NCBI RefSeq assembly: GCF_964355755.1
Contig: NC_092673.1
Location: 24,425,648 to 24,489,647 of the forward strand
Direction of reading: 5' to 3'
Source of the DNA: Antedon mediterranea
Lineage: Eukaryota; Animalia; Echinodermata
DNA length: 64,000 nt
The notes under the pieces were generated by a model. It worked only from the letters and a program-made list of their open reading frames with translations, had not been told where the DNA came from and did no database searches. Below are positions 38,290-51,572 of the stretch, piece after piece (the first letter of the stretch is position 1; every line of letters starts with the position of its first letter). Both the position numbers and the translations under genes were made by a program.

Positions 38290-39790
38290 TTTAAGTAAAA
38301 TATTACTTAAAATGAGTATTCATTTATCGTTCTTAAAATAAATTTTTAATGATTTATATTTTATAGAATTCTTGTTTAAAGCAATTTTTTTCCCAATATA
38401 AGTAAGAATTTACGAATTTTAATTTGATAGAATTCTTGTTTCAAGCAATACTTTTCTTAAAATAAGTAAACATTTACTGGTTTTTATTTGATAGACTTCT
38501 TGTTTACTTATTTTAAAAAAAGTTTTGCTTGAAACAAGAATTCTACAAATAAAAATCGGAATAATATTACTTATTTTAAGAAATATATTGCTTGAAACAA
38601 GAAAACTAAAAATATAAATCGGAATATTCTTACTTATTTTAAGAAAAATATTGCTTAAAACAAGAATTCTAAAAAAATACAAACCGGAATATTCTTACTT
38701 ATTTTAAGAAAAATATTGCTTGAAACAAGAATTCTACAAATAAAAATCGGAATATTCTTACTTATTTTAAGAAATATATTGCTTGAAACAAGAATTCAAA
38801 AAATACAAATCGGAATATTCTTACTTATTTTAAGAAAAATATTGCTTGAAACAAGAATTCAAAAAATACAAATCGGAATATTCTTACTTATTTTAAGAAA
38901 AATATTGCTTGAAACAAGAATTCAAAAAATACAAATCGGAATATTCTTACTTATTTTAAGAAATATATTGCTTGAAACAAGAATATTAAAATTAAAAATC
39001 GGAATATTCTTACTTATTTTAAGAAAAATATTGCTTAAAACAAGAATTCTAAAAAATACAAATCGGAATATTCTTACTTATTTTAAGAAAAATATTGCTT
39101 GAAACAAGAATTCTACAAATAAAAATCGGAATATTCTTACTTATTTTAAGAAATATTTTGCTTGAAACAAGAATTCAAAAAATACAAATCGGAATATTCT
39201 TACTTATTTTAAGAAAAAAATTGCTTGAAACAAGAATTCAAAAAATACAAATCGGAATATTCTTACTTATTTTAAGAAAAATATTGCTTGAAACAAGAAT
39301 TCAAAAAATACAAATCGGAATATTCTTACTTATTTTAAGAAAAATATTGCTTGAAACAAGAATTCAAAAAATAAAAATCGGAATATTCTTACTTATTTTA
39401 AGAAATATCTTGCTTGAAACAAGAATTCAAAAAAATACAAATCGGAATATTCTTACTTATTTTAAGAAATATATTGCTTGAAACAAGAATTCTATAAAAT
39501 ACAAATCGGAATATTCTTACTTATTTTAAGAAATATCTTGCTTGAAACAAGAATTCAAAAAAATACAAATCGGAATATTCTTACTTATTTTAAGAAATAT
39601 ATTGCTTGAAACAAGAATTCTATAAAATACAAATCGGAATATTCTTACTTATTTTAAGAAATATATTGCTTGAAACAAGAATTCAAAAAAATACAAATCG
39701 GAATATTCTTACTTATTTTAAGAAAAATATTGCTTGAAACAAGAATTCTATTTTAAAAAATCGATAAATTGTTACTTATTTTAAGGCAGA
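38290..39790. repeat. Right subterminal array of the CACTA element: ~20 copies of a 63-64-bp unit (homogeneous part 38527-39750)
   Basis: gcttgaaacaagaattcaaaaaatacaaatcggaatattcttacttattttaagaaaaatatt in tandem. Confidence 0.95.
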
Positions 39791-41717
39791 TACTGCTTAA
39801 AACAAGAATGAAAAAAGCAATTAAATTCTTGGTAAGAATATTGTTCTTAAAGTATTATTTCTTGGTAAGAATAATTTTCTTGATAAGAATTTGTGTGATT
39901 CTTGTTAAGAATTTTACGATTCTTGGTAAGCCAAAAAGTATTGAAATACGGACAAGTCAAAATTTACTTGTTTCAAGAAATATTTTGCTTGAAACAAGTT
40001 TTTTTTTTCTTAAAACAAGAATCAGAATTTTGCTGTGTAGTTTTGTTTGTAAACTCCCCAAAGGAATTATTTAGAGACAACAGTGCTTTCAAGATAAAAA
40101 CAATAACGGGATGTGTTGCATAATCCCAAGTGCTTGTCATTGTCAACAATGTGCGCACGGAATAATTGTATTAAAACTTAATAAGAGTTTATAAGTGAGA
40201 ATCAAAATCTTAAGGTCTTTAATGAAAGACTGTCTTAAAATTACGTGACAATTCAAAAATACTATTCTCATAATCAGAACTGCAATCAACGCCTACTACA
40301 GTTGTATTTAAATCAGGCAATAATTAACATAAATAGTATGTAGAGTGTTTATAAGTATTTGAATTAAATGTATAATGCAACTACGATTAGGCCTAATGAT
40401 AATAATTATCAATGAAGAAGAATGATTGGAATGAGCGGTTACAAGAAAAAATGGGAACATTTTTTTTTATTGCATACGCATCAAACAGCGGGCAACTGGA
40501 CAACAATATAGGATGGACAAACCAGGGAGTCTAATTTTACTTATTACTTGCTTACTTACTTACTTACTTACTCTCTGGATCAATAAAAAAATTAATGGCT
40601 GACAGCCAATTTTTGATTGGATTATAATATGTCTGTAGTCCTAACAGTTTAAACATTTTTTTTTTAAATTCCAGTCTTTTAGATTAAGGACAAACAGTGT
40701 GCATAATTAACAAAAAAAGGTAAAATTAATGAAAAAGGAGGTAATATGGAATACAAAGTGAATTTACAAGATTTAAAAAGGTTACTGATGAAGTTTATCA
40801 AAATGTAATGACATTAGACATTTTGAAAAATGTGATAATAATGAAAATAATATGATGATTTTATGGTGATGACATGAAAGATGATATTAATGTGAATAAA
40901 AGTTGTGTGTTACGCCACAAAAAAGAGAGAAAAGATAAGAGACAAACATTTTTCTTCCTTCAAGCACTGTCAAAGTAATCATAATACAGGGCCTACATGA
41001 GAATCCTAATAATTTAAAATTTCGTCTGCTTTAAGATTGTAGGAATTTTTACCTGTACACAGAAAAAAAAAATTAGATTTGTTTAATTACTGATTGATGA
41101 CATTCTACTCTTGGGATCGTTTTAACGAATCACATTAATTTCAATTAATTTGACGATAAACCTATATACGATGAGTTTGGCCTCTAAACCGTTCTCTGCT
41201 ATCTCCACCTGCCTTTTCCAAAAATTACCAAAAGTATACACGTGTTATTTGCAGTAATTCTATAAAGGAAGCCGAATTAATTTGTGATCATTTTAAATTA
41301 GGCTTAAAACAACTTACCGACCGTACTGTGTGATACGTGTACAGGTACGTAGCAGCGGTGCTTTTACTTGTCTGTTTTATCCAAATATATATAATGGAGG
41401 AATGATACAACATACCTTCACTAATTTTTTTTGATACGTATTGTCATGTAGTAGGCCTTCTTCAACTACCATATGTTTGTGAATCCCATGGTTTTATTTT
41501 GTAATTAAACTTTTTATATGCCTATTTAAAAAACATTAAAGGCCCACGCAAATACATGACATTCTATCAAAGTAAATTTACGTCGTTATGTAATATAAAT
41601 ATAATTGGATTGACTTTTTCATGTGCATAATTTACCATTTCGTGGTCCTCTATCTCATTATGATTTATAACTATTATGCCAATAGAAGAAAACATACATG
41701 ATAGATACTGGGTACTG

Positions 41718-41808
41718 GTGAGGGGAAAATGGCAAAATCAGCACTGTGGTCAAAGCAATATAGATTATGCTGAAAGTAGGAAGCCTTTTGCTATTTTCCC
41801 CTGACCGA
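41718..41808. mobile_element. Short MITE (TIR GGGGAAAATGGCAAAA); an interrupted reverse copy spans ~10681-11120
   Basis: ggggaaaatggcaaaa ... ttttgctattttcccc; both halves are found in reverse orientation either side of the SINE at 10790-11075. Confidence 0.6.
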
Positions 41809-42360
41809 TATTATTATCTTTCCGAGAGTCATTTTTCGAACGTTGGTTATTATTCTGTTCACAGGGAGAGGCGCTGAGGTGAACTTGAACCGGTGTACAG
41901 GCTACCGGAGTAACCTCCTTTCACACGACGGGTGCGTCAACACTTGCGTTTGTATGCGCCTCGGTGTGTATACCTATATACATCTCGGAGTTTAACTGAA
42001 GATGTGAAAAGGGTCCTTAACTTTCTAACCCTCAACCAATCTATCGCACCTAATAACTTACCTCGAATCTGTAGCAAACGGCAGTTATCTAATGGCTACC
42101 AGGGTTAGACGTTCTCTCAAAAACTTAAGCTGGTAATAATATTATCTACACATCCCATATTGCTTTTTATAGCATAGTGTTACCCTTATTCAAACAATTA
42201 CCTGTTAGCATTCCTTTCTGATTACCTAACCCAATTGTTTTCCACGGACAAAACTAACTGTATTTTCTAGTGTTTGTACATGCTACAAAATATTTATATA
42301 GCGATACAATGATGTCATTGTTGCTTTTGACGGTGTAAACCAAGGTCCAAACGAATCAAA

Positions 42361-43183
42361 GGGTCTGTTTCTGCTGCAACTGCTCAAAATACGGTATAAA
42401 AATACGGTATAAAATACGGTATTTTTTATACCGTATATTTTAGTACCCCGTTTCTGCTAACAATACTTCTTGGGTGGTCGTGTTAAATTTCATCTTTTTT
42501 ACCCAAATTGCCATTCATTTATTTGATCGATAATTAAAAGTCGCAATAAAGGAAGTTTTACGTCTCACTTTCAACAGCCTAGCCCTAGTGATAGAGATGT
42601 TGTGAGAGCACAGAAAACATCGTAATGGGGACAATTAATTCGTTCCCTCCCCGAGTTATTGTATTTTGCAATGTTGTACTGCTTTCGCAGGCTCTTCAGC
42701 TTTGAGTTTACTTGCTTTGGAGACAAGTTTATTCCATACTCCTGCTTTATTTTTTTAGAAATGTCTTTATAAATGTGGTTGTCCCTTTTATTACCTTTTA
42801 GTTGGTCAGACATTTTAGCTTCCCCACACACATTTATTTAGTAAAACTGTGACGTCTTCGCTCCACATTTTCGCCGAATATATCTATACATGTGTGTAAA
42901 GCAGCTAACAGCGACAGAAAATAAAAACACGAATGGTGACCTTTTGTCATGTAAAAAAAAAATACGGTATTTTTTATTGGCAGCAGAAACGGGTACAAAA
43001 AATACGGTATAAATTTGTAAATACCGTATTTTATCCACAAATTTTGTGGGGAAAATACGGTATACAAAATACGGTATATTTTTTATGAGCGCAGTTTCTG
43101 CTGCCAAAAATATACCGTATATATACGGTATTCAAAAAATACCGTATAATATACGGTATTTAGTTGGCAGCAGAAACAGGGCC
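42361..43183. mobile_element. Non-autonomous PIF/Harbinger element (823 bp) carrying a Myb/SANT remnant
   Basis: TIR GGGTCTGTTTCTGCTGCAAC vs GGCCCTGTTTCTGCTGCCAAC, 3-bp AAA flanks, 13 ATAC(G/C)GTAT motifs. Confidence 0.8.
42571..42870 (-). pseudogene. Myb/SANT-like trihelix DNA-binding domain (Harbinger accessory protein), frameshifted
   Basis: MWSEDVTVLL/(frameshift)...GEAKMSDQLKGNKRDNHIYKDISKKIKQEYGINLSPKQVNSKLKSLRKQY...SGRERINCPHYD fits the trihelix Myb pattern. Confidence 0.8.
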
Positions 43184-45457
43184 AAACAAACACGGTTATC
43201 ATGAACTTGTTTTATTGACTAATTTTTGTTTCATTTAATTGCAACAGTATCTTTTATCGTTTGACATAAACTTTCAAAACGTGGCTTAGAGAAATTAATT
43301 CCGCTGTTTTGGGCTTTTTAGTAGAAGTTTATTGAGATTTGTGTGGATTTATTACAAAATGTGTTGTTTATAATTGTCTTGACGGCAGTAATAGGAACAA
43401 ATTATATCCGTACTTAAATTACAGAACGCACACCCGAGACAAAACTAAACACCAATAATACTATACCACATATATACTATACACAATGTAGATTTACCCA
43501 AAGTCAATTTACTTTCTATTGACTATGATTTAACATATAATATGCACATTTATTAATAATGATAATATTAATGATATTATTAATAATAATTGTAATACGA
43601 ATTGGATTTCAGGTTTAAAGGGATATAGGCCTACTATGACATGTATTTGAATTATTCTGCGGTTCCTTATTTTGACTTGTACTTTTTAAATTTTATCTGA
43701 CATCATTTAGTGGACATTTTTTATAAGATTCTAATAGTTTGGACACTTTGTAGGCCTAATTATTTCTTAGTATAGGGTCCTCTTCTCTTTATATAAAATG
43801 TTTTCACACTACAATTAATATTCATGGAAAATCATTAATAATAGTATCACAATAATATATAATATCAGACGTATAAGTAATAACCTTATTGGTAATTAAC
43901 AATCAATCATTATAGGCCTATACTTAATAATAATAATATCAAGTTGATGGACAAACAATTCATAAGAATGGTTTTTACACATATAACGTGTTCTGAATAA
44001 GTCAGCGGTTGTTACGAAAACAGAGACCAAATATAACGGAATATTGACAAGTTTGTTTGTCTACGATTTCTGTTTTCGAGGATTGTGCAACCCACAATAC
44101 AGTAATTTGGTTATGATTTAATAACATAAAGAAAATCAACTTTTATTTATTATTTACTGAACCTCTAATTCCCAAGGTGCGCTATCGTCGTGGTAGAGTA
44201 AAAATCTGGAATCTTAAGATTGTACAAGTTTGTTGTTGATGAATCAGAATTAGCGATCGTTATCGGTGATATTTGACATAGATTTTAAAGTATTAGTATT
44301 GTAATCAAATTAATCGGGTCATTAACATATAGAGATGGGTCAAAGAAAGGTGTAGGCCTTTTGATTTTTATCAAGATTCCAAAGCAATTATGAATAGTTC
44401 TACCGGTGCTTTATTAATCCTAATGACCTTCTAAATTGTAAGACATTACAACTGTCACCACAATGATATTAAAGTTAGATTTGTGAAGAATCGAATTGTA
44501 ATGTTGTGGAATTTCTCTTCACATTATGGAAAATAAATGAAAATTAATTAGAAAATCTGAAGAAATTAATTATTCATTAATAGAATTAAGAGAAAAAACA
44601 AAACGACAAAAAAAAACTGCAATATGGAGGTATAAGCTAGTTTCCACCACGAGAGGAATTAGACCTACTCATAATAGATAGTACTTATACCTAAACTCTC
44701 TTAATTCTCTGATAATTGGGTACTAAAGCCTATAATCAAATACAATAATAACGACAACAAAAAACTTAAATAGGTATAGGTATATGACAGTTGCCACCAC
44801 AAGCAGAATTAGGCCTACTCTATATTTAAACTCTCTCAATTCTTTGAAAATTCGGCAATAAAGCCTAATATCAAATAAATACAACGTAGAATTAAGTTCT
44901 AAACTATATCACATTTAGTTTAGTTAAACATTATTATATTAAAATATTTTTTTCTTTTAAATCTATGGTATATTTCATGGATTGGAAGGTCATGATAAAA
45001 ATGCAAGTTTAACTCAATCATTAACCCCAACATGCACTAATTCTAAATTAGAATTCCCGATAATTTAGATTTAGTTTCGATACGTATAAAAATGGATTGA
45101 AACTGAAAGGTAGTTTCCCAGATAAGATAATAATAAATATCATATCGTTGCTGCACGATGTGGACACGGTACGAGGTAAGTGTCGGTAAACATCAGATTA
45201 AAATTATAGTCTGCTTTTGAATTGGGCCCATTTTAGCGCGCTTTCGAAACACAACATGTAGATTAAGCAGAGGTATATCATATCATTGCTGCCAAAAACG
45301 AAACCCTGTAATAGTATAGGCCATTGACATGTAGATCCTCTCATTACTATTAGGCCTATCAATGCTAACAGATCGGTGATTGTGAGGTCCAAGGAAGTTT
45401 AGTTGAGAATGATAATTTGGCGCTTCCTCATTTAAACATCTAGCTGTTATTCTTTAA

Positions 45458-45751
45458 AGATATTTGTCCTCCCTAACAAATATTTTATTTTACATTTTTT
45501 GTTGAATATACCATTTTAATGTAAAATAATAGTTAATCACTTTTAATTTAAAGCAAAACATATCTAAATTGTCAGAAAACGGTTTTTGAATTAAATTAAC
45601 CATTCCTTTTGTCTTTTTATAAATGAAAAACTTATTTTTGTTGATTTGTTTTTCTACAGAAATGAATAACTGTATAAAAACTGCAAAATGGCCTATTCAA
45701 AGTCTGACTTTGTTTAATCTTTATTTTTCAGGTTTTTGGGGGACAATATCT
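45458..45751. mobile_element. Kolobok-type MITE (TIR AGAT(G)TATTGTCCCC)
   Basis: TTAA|agatatttgtcctccc ... gggggacaatatct|tgaa; same family as 62801-63122 in reverse orientation. Confidence 0.65.
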
Positions 45752-47598
45752 TGAAATTATATATTTTAATTTCAAGCAGAGATATAATAGAACGAAATTT
45801 TCATTTTAAATACAGATTTCTAGACTGATTTTAAATACGTAGCACTCTGTATGACAAGGAGAGTGTGAATTTACGCTTTACATCTAATGACTACCCATTC
45901 GTCTGTGTTTATCCTACTTTAACCTTACAGATAAATTATCTAAAAGTGAAACTATATGTCATTATCAAATCAGTTACACTTGATATATAAATCGAGTGTT
46001 TCATCTACTTGAATTTGACAGACTAGTAAAACACGATGAGGACAATTTTGATCCCTGTTAACATGAAGGAATACGGTACGTACTTTGCCAGTTAATTACA
46101 ATTATTACATAAAAGAATCTAAAATTGTTTTATCTAAAAATTGAATATAACAGTAGATTTGTTCTTTATATTAACGATTAAGAAAGAAGTATTGGGGGAG
46201 TTGAGTCCAAGTTTGTTTTTTTTTTCTTTTATTCGGTACAATTAATATACCAAGGATTACTCATAAAGCAACAAAAAATTAATTGCAATGGGGTCCTTAT
46301 AAAAAAAAAAACCAGAAAGTAACTGATCACAACGTAAAAAAAAAAAATTTAACATTCAGCTGAAATAATGTTAAATGGATTAAAATTATCTAATTGTTTT
46401 GAATAGGCACAACTGTTGAATTTGGCTAATAAATGGTTGGTACTGATATAGCAGATACCCGTGTCACCCTGGAGTTTTTACTAGAGGACGTGGAAGGGAT
46501 ATGGTGCATACTGTATAACACTAGGTCTAGGCCTACAACAGAAAAGGTCATAAGTACAGGTTTTATACATTATTATGAATTCAATGAGGAAGTACTGTAC
46601 TTGTTCCTTAAGGTACTCAACTGAACATAAAAAAATAATCATGAATTCATCCGAAAATTATAACCTAAACACACGGAACTAAATTTACTCCTCGATGGAT
46701 TGCAGGTCGTTAACTTTAGTTTGCCGCCTCGTCAACAATATCTAGATGTGAAATTCTTTTGCCAATGTCCATAAAATTATGCCGCTTGATTTGACAACAA
46801 TATAACCAGTGAATTTCGTTTGCGAAACGAAACCAATCTGCCTCCAAGGAAAGCAGTTCAAAAGTTCAGTTTAAATAAAATTGTAAATTCGAGCTTTGTT
46901 TGTGTTAAATTGTTCAAATTACAAAGGTTGTCTCAACTAAAAGAAATGACTAATTAGGCCTTAACTATGGCATAATTAAAGAATAGTTCAATTAGTACAT
47001 TCTTGATGAATAAACATTTTAAGAAAGAGTTGAAAGACAGTTCGTAATCTCATTATAACCAGTGTCGGGTGTATTTCAGATTGATGGTGAGACCATGGAG
47101 AAATATTATTCCACCGTGATGATGAGACAACCAACTTTGGGCTAATAGTTTTTACATTTTTAAGAAAGAAAAGAACTCAGACCTCGATAGCCAGATACCA
47201 AAGCGGCGATCCAAGTGCCAGTCCATTTGCCCGTACCACATTCTAAATAGGATTGTACACACAAAAATGGAGGGATTGGACCAATCCAGGAAACCTATTT
47301 CTACTATTGATAGTAGGCCTACTACAAAATATTCCTTTTTTCCAATTTCACAAAATTATGGTGATCTTTCTTTTTCTGTAGAAGCCATAGTTTTACAAAT
47401 GTTTACATAATTTCCAGTTATTAAAAATATTGGCTTAACCATTACTAAAAAGGCAATTCATAAATCTCATAATATGAAATGAAATATTATTTTTTGTTTT
47501 GGTAGGTTCATCTTTATTATTATTTAAACACTGTTCACCTAGTCCTAGACTCATTAAATTGGATTATCAACAGATTTACCTACCTAGTCTGAATAAAC

Positions 47599-47704
47599 AT
47601 GTTGATGACAGATAAACCTTCAAGAATGGAGAAATTCTCCAAGCAAGTAAGCGTCAAGTCCTTGATATACCGAGGTCTAGACGCGTCCGTCAAGTATGCC
47701 TACG
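47599..47704 (+). CDS. Candidate alternative first coding exon A of the stomatin gene (MLMTDKPSRMEKFSKQVSVKSLIYRGLDASVKYAY)
   Basis: ATG to donor G|gtaagc, 106 nt, phase 1, matching the acceptor phase at 59311; no homology support. Confidence 0.4.
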
Positions 47705-48507
47705 GTAAGCATGGATTTCAGTAACCATGAACACCATGTGACAGAATCGTCTTGTATACCAGTATAGGCCTACTGGTAGTGTACCGAGCCCCTTAGATCA
47801 ATTATTCTTACCTGGTACTTTTTCTGTTATTGTCCTCTATTCTGTCACCCATAAATACTTGGATGATTGGATAAAGTCCAACACTCAACTATAACGTTTC
47901 TATGACAAATATAGACAGTTGACTGCAAACATTGTAGAATGTTAAGTGTTTGGTTAGTGGTTAGCGCGTCATACGTCTTGTTTGCTATTGGTCTTTAGCA
48001 CTGTTTGGTCTTTAGTACACGCATTTGATTTTCTCTCAGGCACTTATTTGAACCATATTAAGAGTATACGGAAGTAATGCATTATGGATGACATTTTGAA
48101 ATTGTAAAACAAGTTTGCCATCTTGCCTCGCCTTTCCCAACGAACCTGGGTATAATGGCACTTTAGTTTAAGCAATTTATGAACAATCTAAAAAAGAAAA
48201 ACTTTTTTACAGAAATAGAGGGCTCTATCACCTTTTAATTTTTGCTCGAATACCACCATAGTCACTATTGACTAATATGCTCGAACACACAATCACCCGC
48301 GTCACACAAAATAAAAACAAACAGTGCCTGGCACCACGCATAGAAAGAAGAGGAAAGTAAGTCTGTTCTTAAGTATTAATATCTTAATTTCTGAACTCCT
48401 CGGCACCATCATGATTGCATAAAGTTTAAAGTATTATTATTGTTGATCTACGCCCAAATTTACGAAGTTTATACTGTTTAATTTGAGAAGTTATCGCTAA
48501 TTTGAGA

Positions 48508-48595
48508 ATGCCTGCATCTGCTAAGCCGAACGGCTTCGGTGAAGATCAGCCGCTCAGTGGACGAATCAATTACAATGAAGTACCGAAAACAGAAG
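48508..48595 (+). CDS. Candidate first coding exon B of the stomatin gene (MPASAKPNGFGEDQPLSGRINYNEVPKTE)
   Basis: ATG to donor G|gtattg, 88 nt, phase 1, GC/CpG-richer than its flanks, hydrophilic N-terminus; lies just upstream of where CpG depletion appears to begin. Confidence 0.5.
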
Positions 48596-48738
48596 GTATT
48601 GTCGGCTTAGCTTTAATTGATTTTCAATGCACTTTAGCGTAGAAACAACGTGTATAATAGTTATATTTTTGCATAATGAATGAATTTGTATCAATCATAT
48701 AATTAGAACGTGTCTAACCCTCTACTAGCCTTTAGGCT

Positions 48739-49180
48739 AAGTCGTACTGTATTAGTATGTATTGTGCGGCCTTATGGTGCGATTTTAATGTAAAAACTAT
48801 AAAGTCATTACAGGTCTGTTATAATAATGCACTTAGAAAGATTTTAAGACGCTCAAGGAGCTGTAGTGCTAGTGCTATGTTTGTTGATAACCATGTTCCC
48901 TCCTTCTATGAGTACATTCGGAAATCAATTTTTTGTTTCAAAACAAAAATTGAAAAAAGCTGTAATACTTTAATTACATGTGTTTTTTCTCGTATTCTAA
49001 AAGATTCAAAGTTGCATAGAAAATGGACAGAACTTTTGTATATTTAATCTCATCATGTATACTTTTACGTGTGTTAACTAGTATCAGTATAGCCATAATA
49101 ATGTGTTGTTTTTGTAAACTTTATGTGTTTCATATGGACAGTTTGTCTGAAATAAAGTTGAATTGAATTGAATTGAATTG
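48739..49180 (+). mobile_element. 5'-truncated non-LTR retrotransposon (LINE) 3' end: ORF2 C-terminus, UTR and (TTGAA)n tail
   Basis: SYCISMYCAALW...LQVCYNNALRKIL..SRSCSASAMFV...VPSF..IRK..F.FKTKIEKSCNTLI is a recognisable LINE post-RT C-terminus; AATAAA then ttgaa x4. Clade not determined. Confidence 0.8.
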
Positions 49181-49820
49181 AGTAGTAGTAACTTAAGTGA
49201 AGTAGGCCTAGCAAAAAAAAAATCAGTTTACCGGGAAAAATTTCATTTTAAAATTTTGTTTAGCAATATTGCTAGTCAAACTGATTTTTGAGTCAAGAAA
49301 CATAGTTTTGTATTGTATTTTTTGCTATACAATTTTAGAATGTGTAGCAATAAGGTTGTTTTGTATAGCTTTTTGCTATGCTACACTGGCGAAATTATTC
49401 CCTGATTTTTTTTGCAGAGTTGTTCCTCTGTATGTTTTATTGCCCTTTTCACTTTCTGAGTCTTCCCACCCCATCCAATTTTACAGCCTAGTATTATAAA
49501 ATACTTAAGTACAGTAACAATCAAATACATTTTCACAATAATGTGTATTACTAGGCAGTTCTTCCTTATCTCACCTCATCAGTTTAATATTTCAAATTAA
49601 TTACTTGGATCATTTCAATTATGAATTTATATGGATTTGAAAGCTAGATTATTAATGTAGCAATGGCAGTATATTATGTATATTCATAACATACGATTAG
49701 GTCAATTACAATTCATAATTTCCTGTATATATCTGAATAAATTACTCTTGTACATTGTGAGTGTTATAGCTGTCTGTAAGTTGTAACTGTTATATTCTAT
49801 CAAAAAAGACAATATAGTAG

Positions 49821-50125
49821 GTGAGTGAGTGGCCGAGCGGTTAAGACAGTGGAACCGTAATTACGTAGCCATAACATCGGCAGGGGTTCGAGGCTCACTC
49901 ACTCCATGGTTCTGGTGGTAGAACGAGTCTTCTCGGATAAGGACTATAAACCGTAGGTCCAGTGTACACAACTAGCTTGTGTGCACTTTAAAGAACCTAG
50001 TACATCTTTCGAGACGATTAGGGGGTTACCCCGGTGTATTAGTACATCACAGCCACTGATCACCAACTGGGCCCTCTGGGAGACCAGTCTTTGACTGAAG
50101 AGGTTTCCCAGTATAAATATATATT
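49821..50125 (+). mobile_element. Full-length tRNA-derived SINE with a Deu/Nin-like central domain
   Basis: A box TGGCCGAGCGG, B box GGTTCGAGGC, central cggataaggactataaaccgtaggtcc...ttaaagaacc...tagggggttaccccggtgt, stem-loop tail. Confidence 0.88.
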
Positions 50126-50887
50126 TCAATCAAACAAAGTACTCACTGTCAATACATTAACATAGAAAGAGATAAGTTTGTCATACTAATATAAGGAAGG
50201 AATTAAAAAGTACATCAATATTAAAAAGGTATAAAAGTACATAAGTGGCAAATCGAGAATTTTGAAAAATACTATACTGATGTTGAAGGTGGGCACTGAA
50301 CAACATAAGCCCTTGTTCAATGAAAGGACCAGGTGCTTTAAAAACATTCCCAGCTTAGTTTCATCCATCATTCAGATAAATGTAAGACTAATTGACATTG
50401 TCATTCGTGATAGACGTCGGCCAAAATACCATGTAAATAAAATGCATTACATTTAATATTGTGTTGTACTCTGTCCATGGAGATGTTAGAATAGTGTACA
50501 ATCATTTTTTTTTTATGCCTTTCATAGTTGTCATACTTGATGACCATTTTTTTTTTATCTTTGTTTTTTTCTTTAAATGTAAAATGTTAAAACAGACATT
50601 GTTTTTTCTAATTTTACATTGATGATTTTAGCTGTTCTGCTTAGTATAGTGCATTTTCTTTGAAGTAGTTGACTCAACTTGTATTTAAGAATGCCATTAT
50701 TTTAAGATTTACAGCTCACTAACAGATGAAATGTGTACATTACAGGCAGTTAAGAAAGCGTTAAATCTTGGCCAGGTTTCATTACTAAGTCTCAAATACA
50801 TCAATTGTGAAATGTAATTTGTAAACTCTGTAAAGGTTATAAAACATGAACGTTAAAGTAAAAGTCTTTTCAATCCTAAATGTCTAA

Positions 50888-51024
50888 AGCTCTGTCTACA
50901 CTATCAAACTTTATGTGACAAAAAAATGTGCCCATATATGGACATGATGATGTCAGAGAAATACTATATTTGGGCATATCACTACCATATTTGGGTAAAT
51001 TAGTTTGACAGTGTAGACAGAGCT
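50888..51024. mobile_element. PIF/Harbinger-type MITE family B
   Basis: agctctgtctacactatcaaact ... agtttgacagtgtagacagagct. Confidence 0.82.
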
Positions 51025-51393
51025 ATATTTGTTTTTATCAAAATGTATATTTTTGGACATTATTTATCCACCATATATTTTTGGGAGAAATTGAAGCCTC
51101 TACACGTTTGGTATAAACTGTTTTTTTAAGTCAAATCATGCGACAACAATCCTGAAGATGTTTAAATGACACAAACAGCAATTTGCATTCAAAATATCAA
51201 TAAACTTTTAATTGAATCGGAAAATGATAATAGAAAAGTTGTCATGTCTTGTGGGACTACTTATACTCACTTCAATGACAATATACTTCAGAAACATTTT
51301 AGCAGATTATGTTTAAAAATATGTGATATTTATATCTGAATTGTTTAATTCAGTTTAAATAATACAAAAATATTGAAATTGAAATAACTTTAA

Positions 51394-51572
51394 AGGCCTG
51401 TCCACACTATCAAATTAGTTTGTGTAAATACTGTACAAGTGTGATGTGCCCAAATATGGTAGTGATGTGCCCAAATATGGTAGTGATGTGCCCAAATATG
51501 GTAGTGATATGACATCATCATGTCAATATATGGACACATCACAATTTTTTGTTTGATAGTTTAGACAGAGCT
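51394..51572. mobile_element. PIF/Harbinger-type MITE family B with an internal 20-bp triplication
   Basis: TAA flanks; gtgatgtgcccaaatatggta repeated three times. Confidence 0.8.

Larger units (their letters stand above)
33586..40037. mobile_element. Decayed CACTA/EnSpm (CMC) DNA transposon, 6452 bp
   Basis: TA flanks, termini CACAGCAAAATT / AATTTTGCTGTG with extended imperfect TIR, subterminal arrays on both sides, two divergent gene remnants inside. Confidence 0.85.

Noticed and set aside
46230-46625. Degenerate LINE 3' end on the minus strand (similar hint at 53940-54310 on the plus strand)
   Set aside because: Only vague tail and motif resemblance; too decayed to support without alignment.
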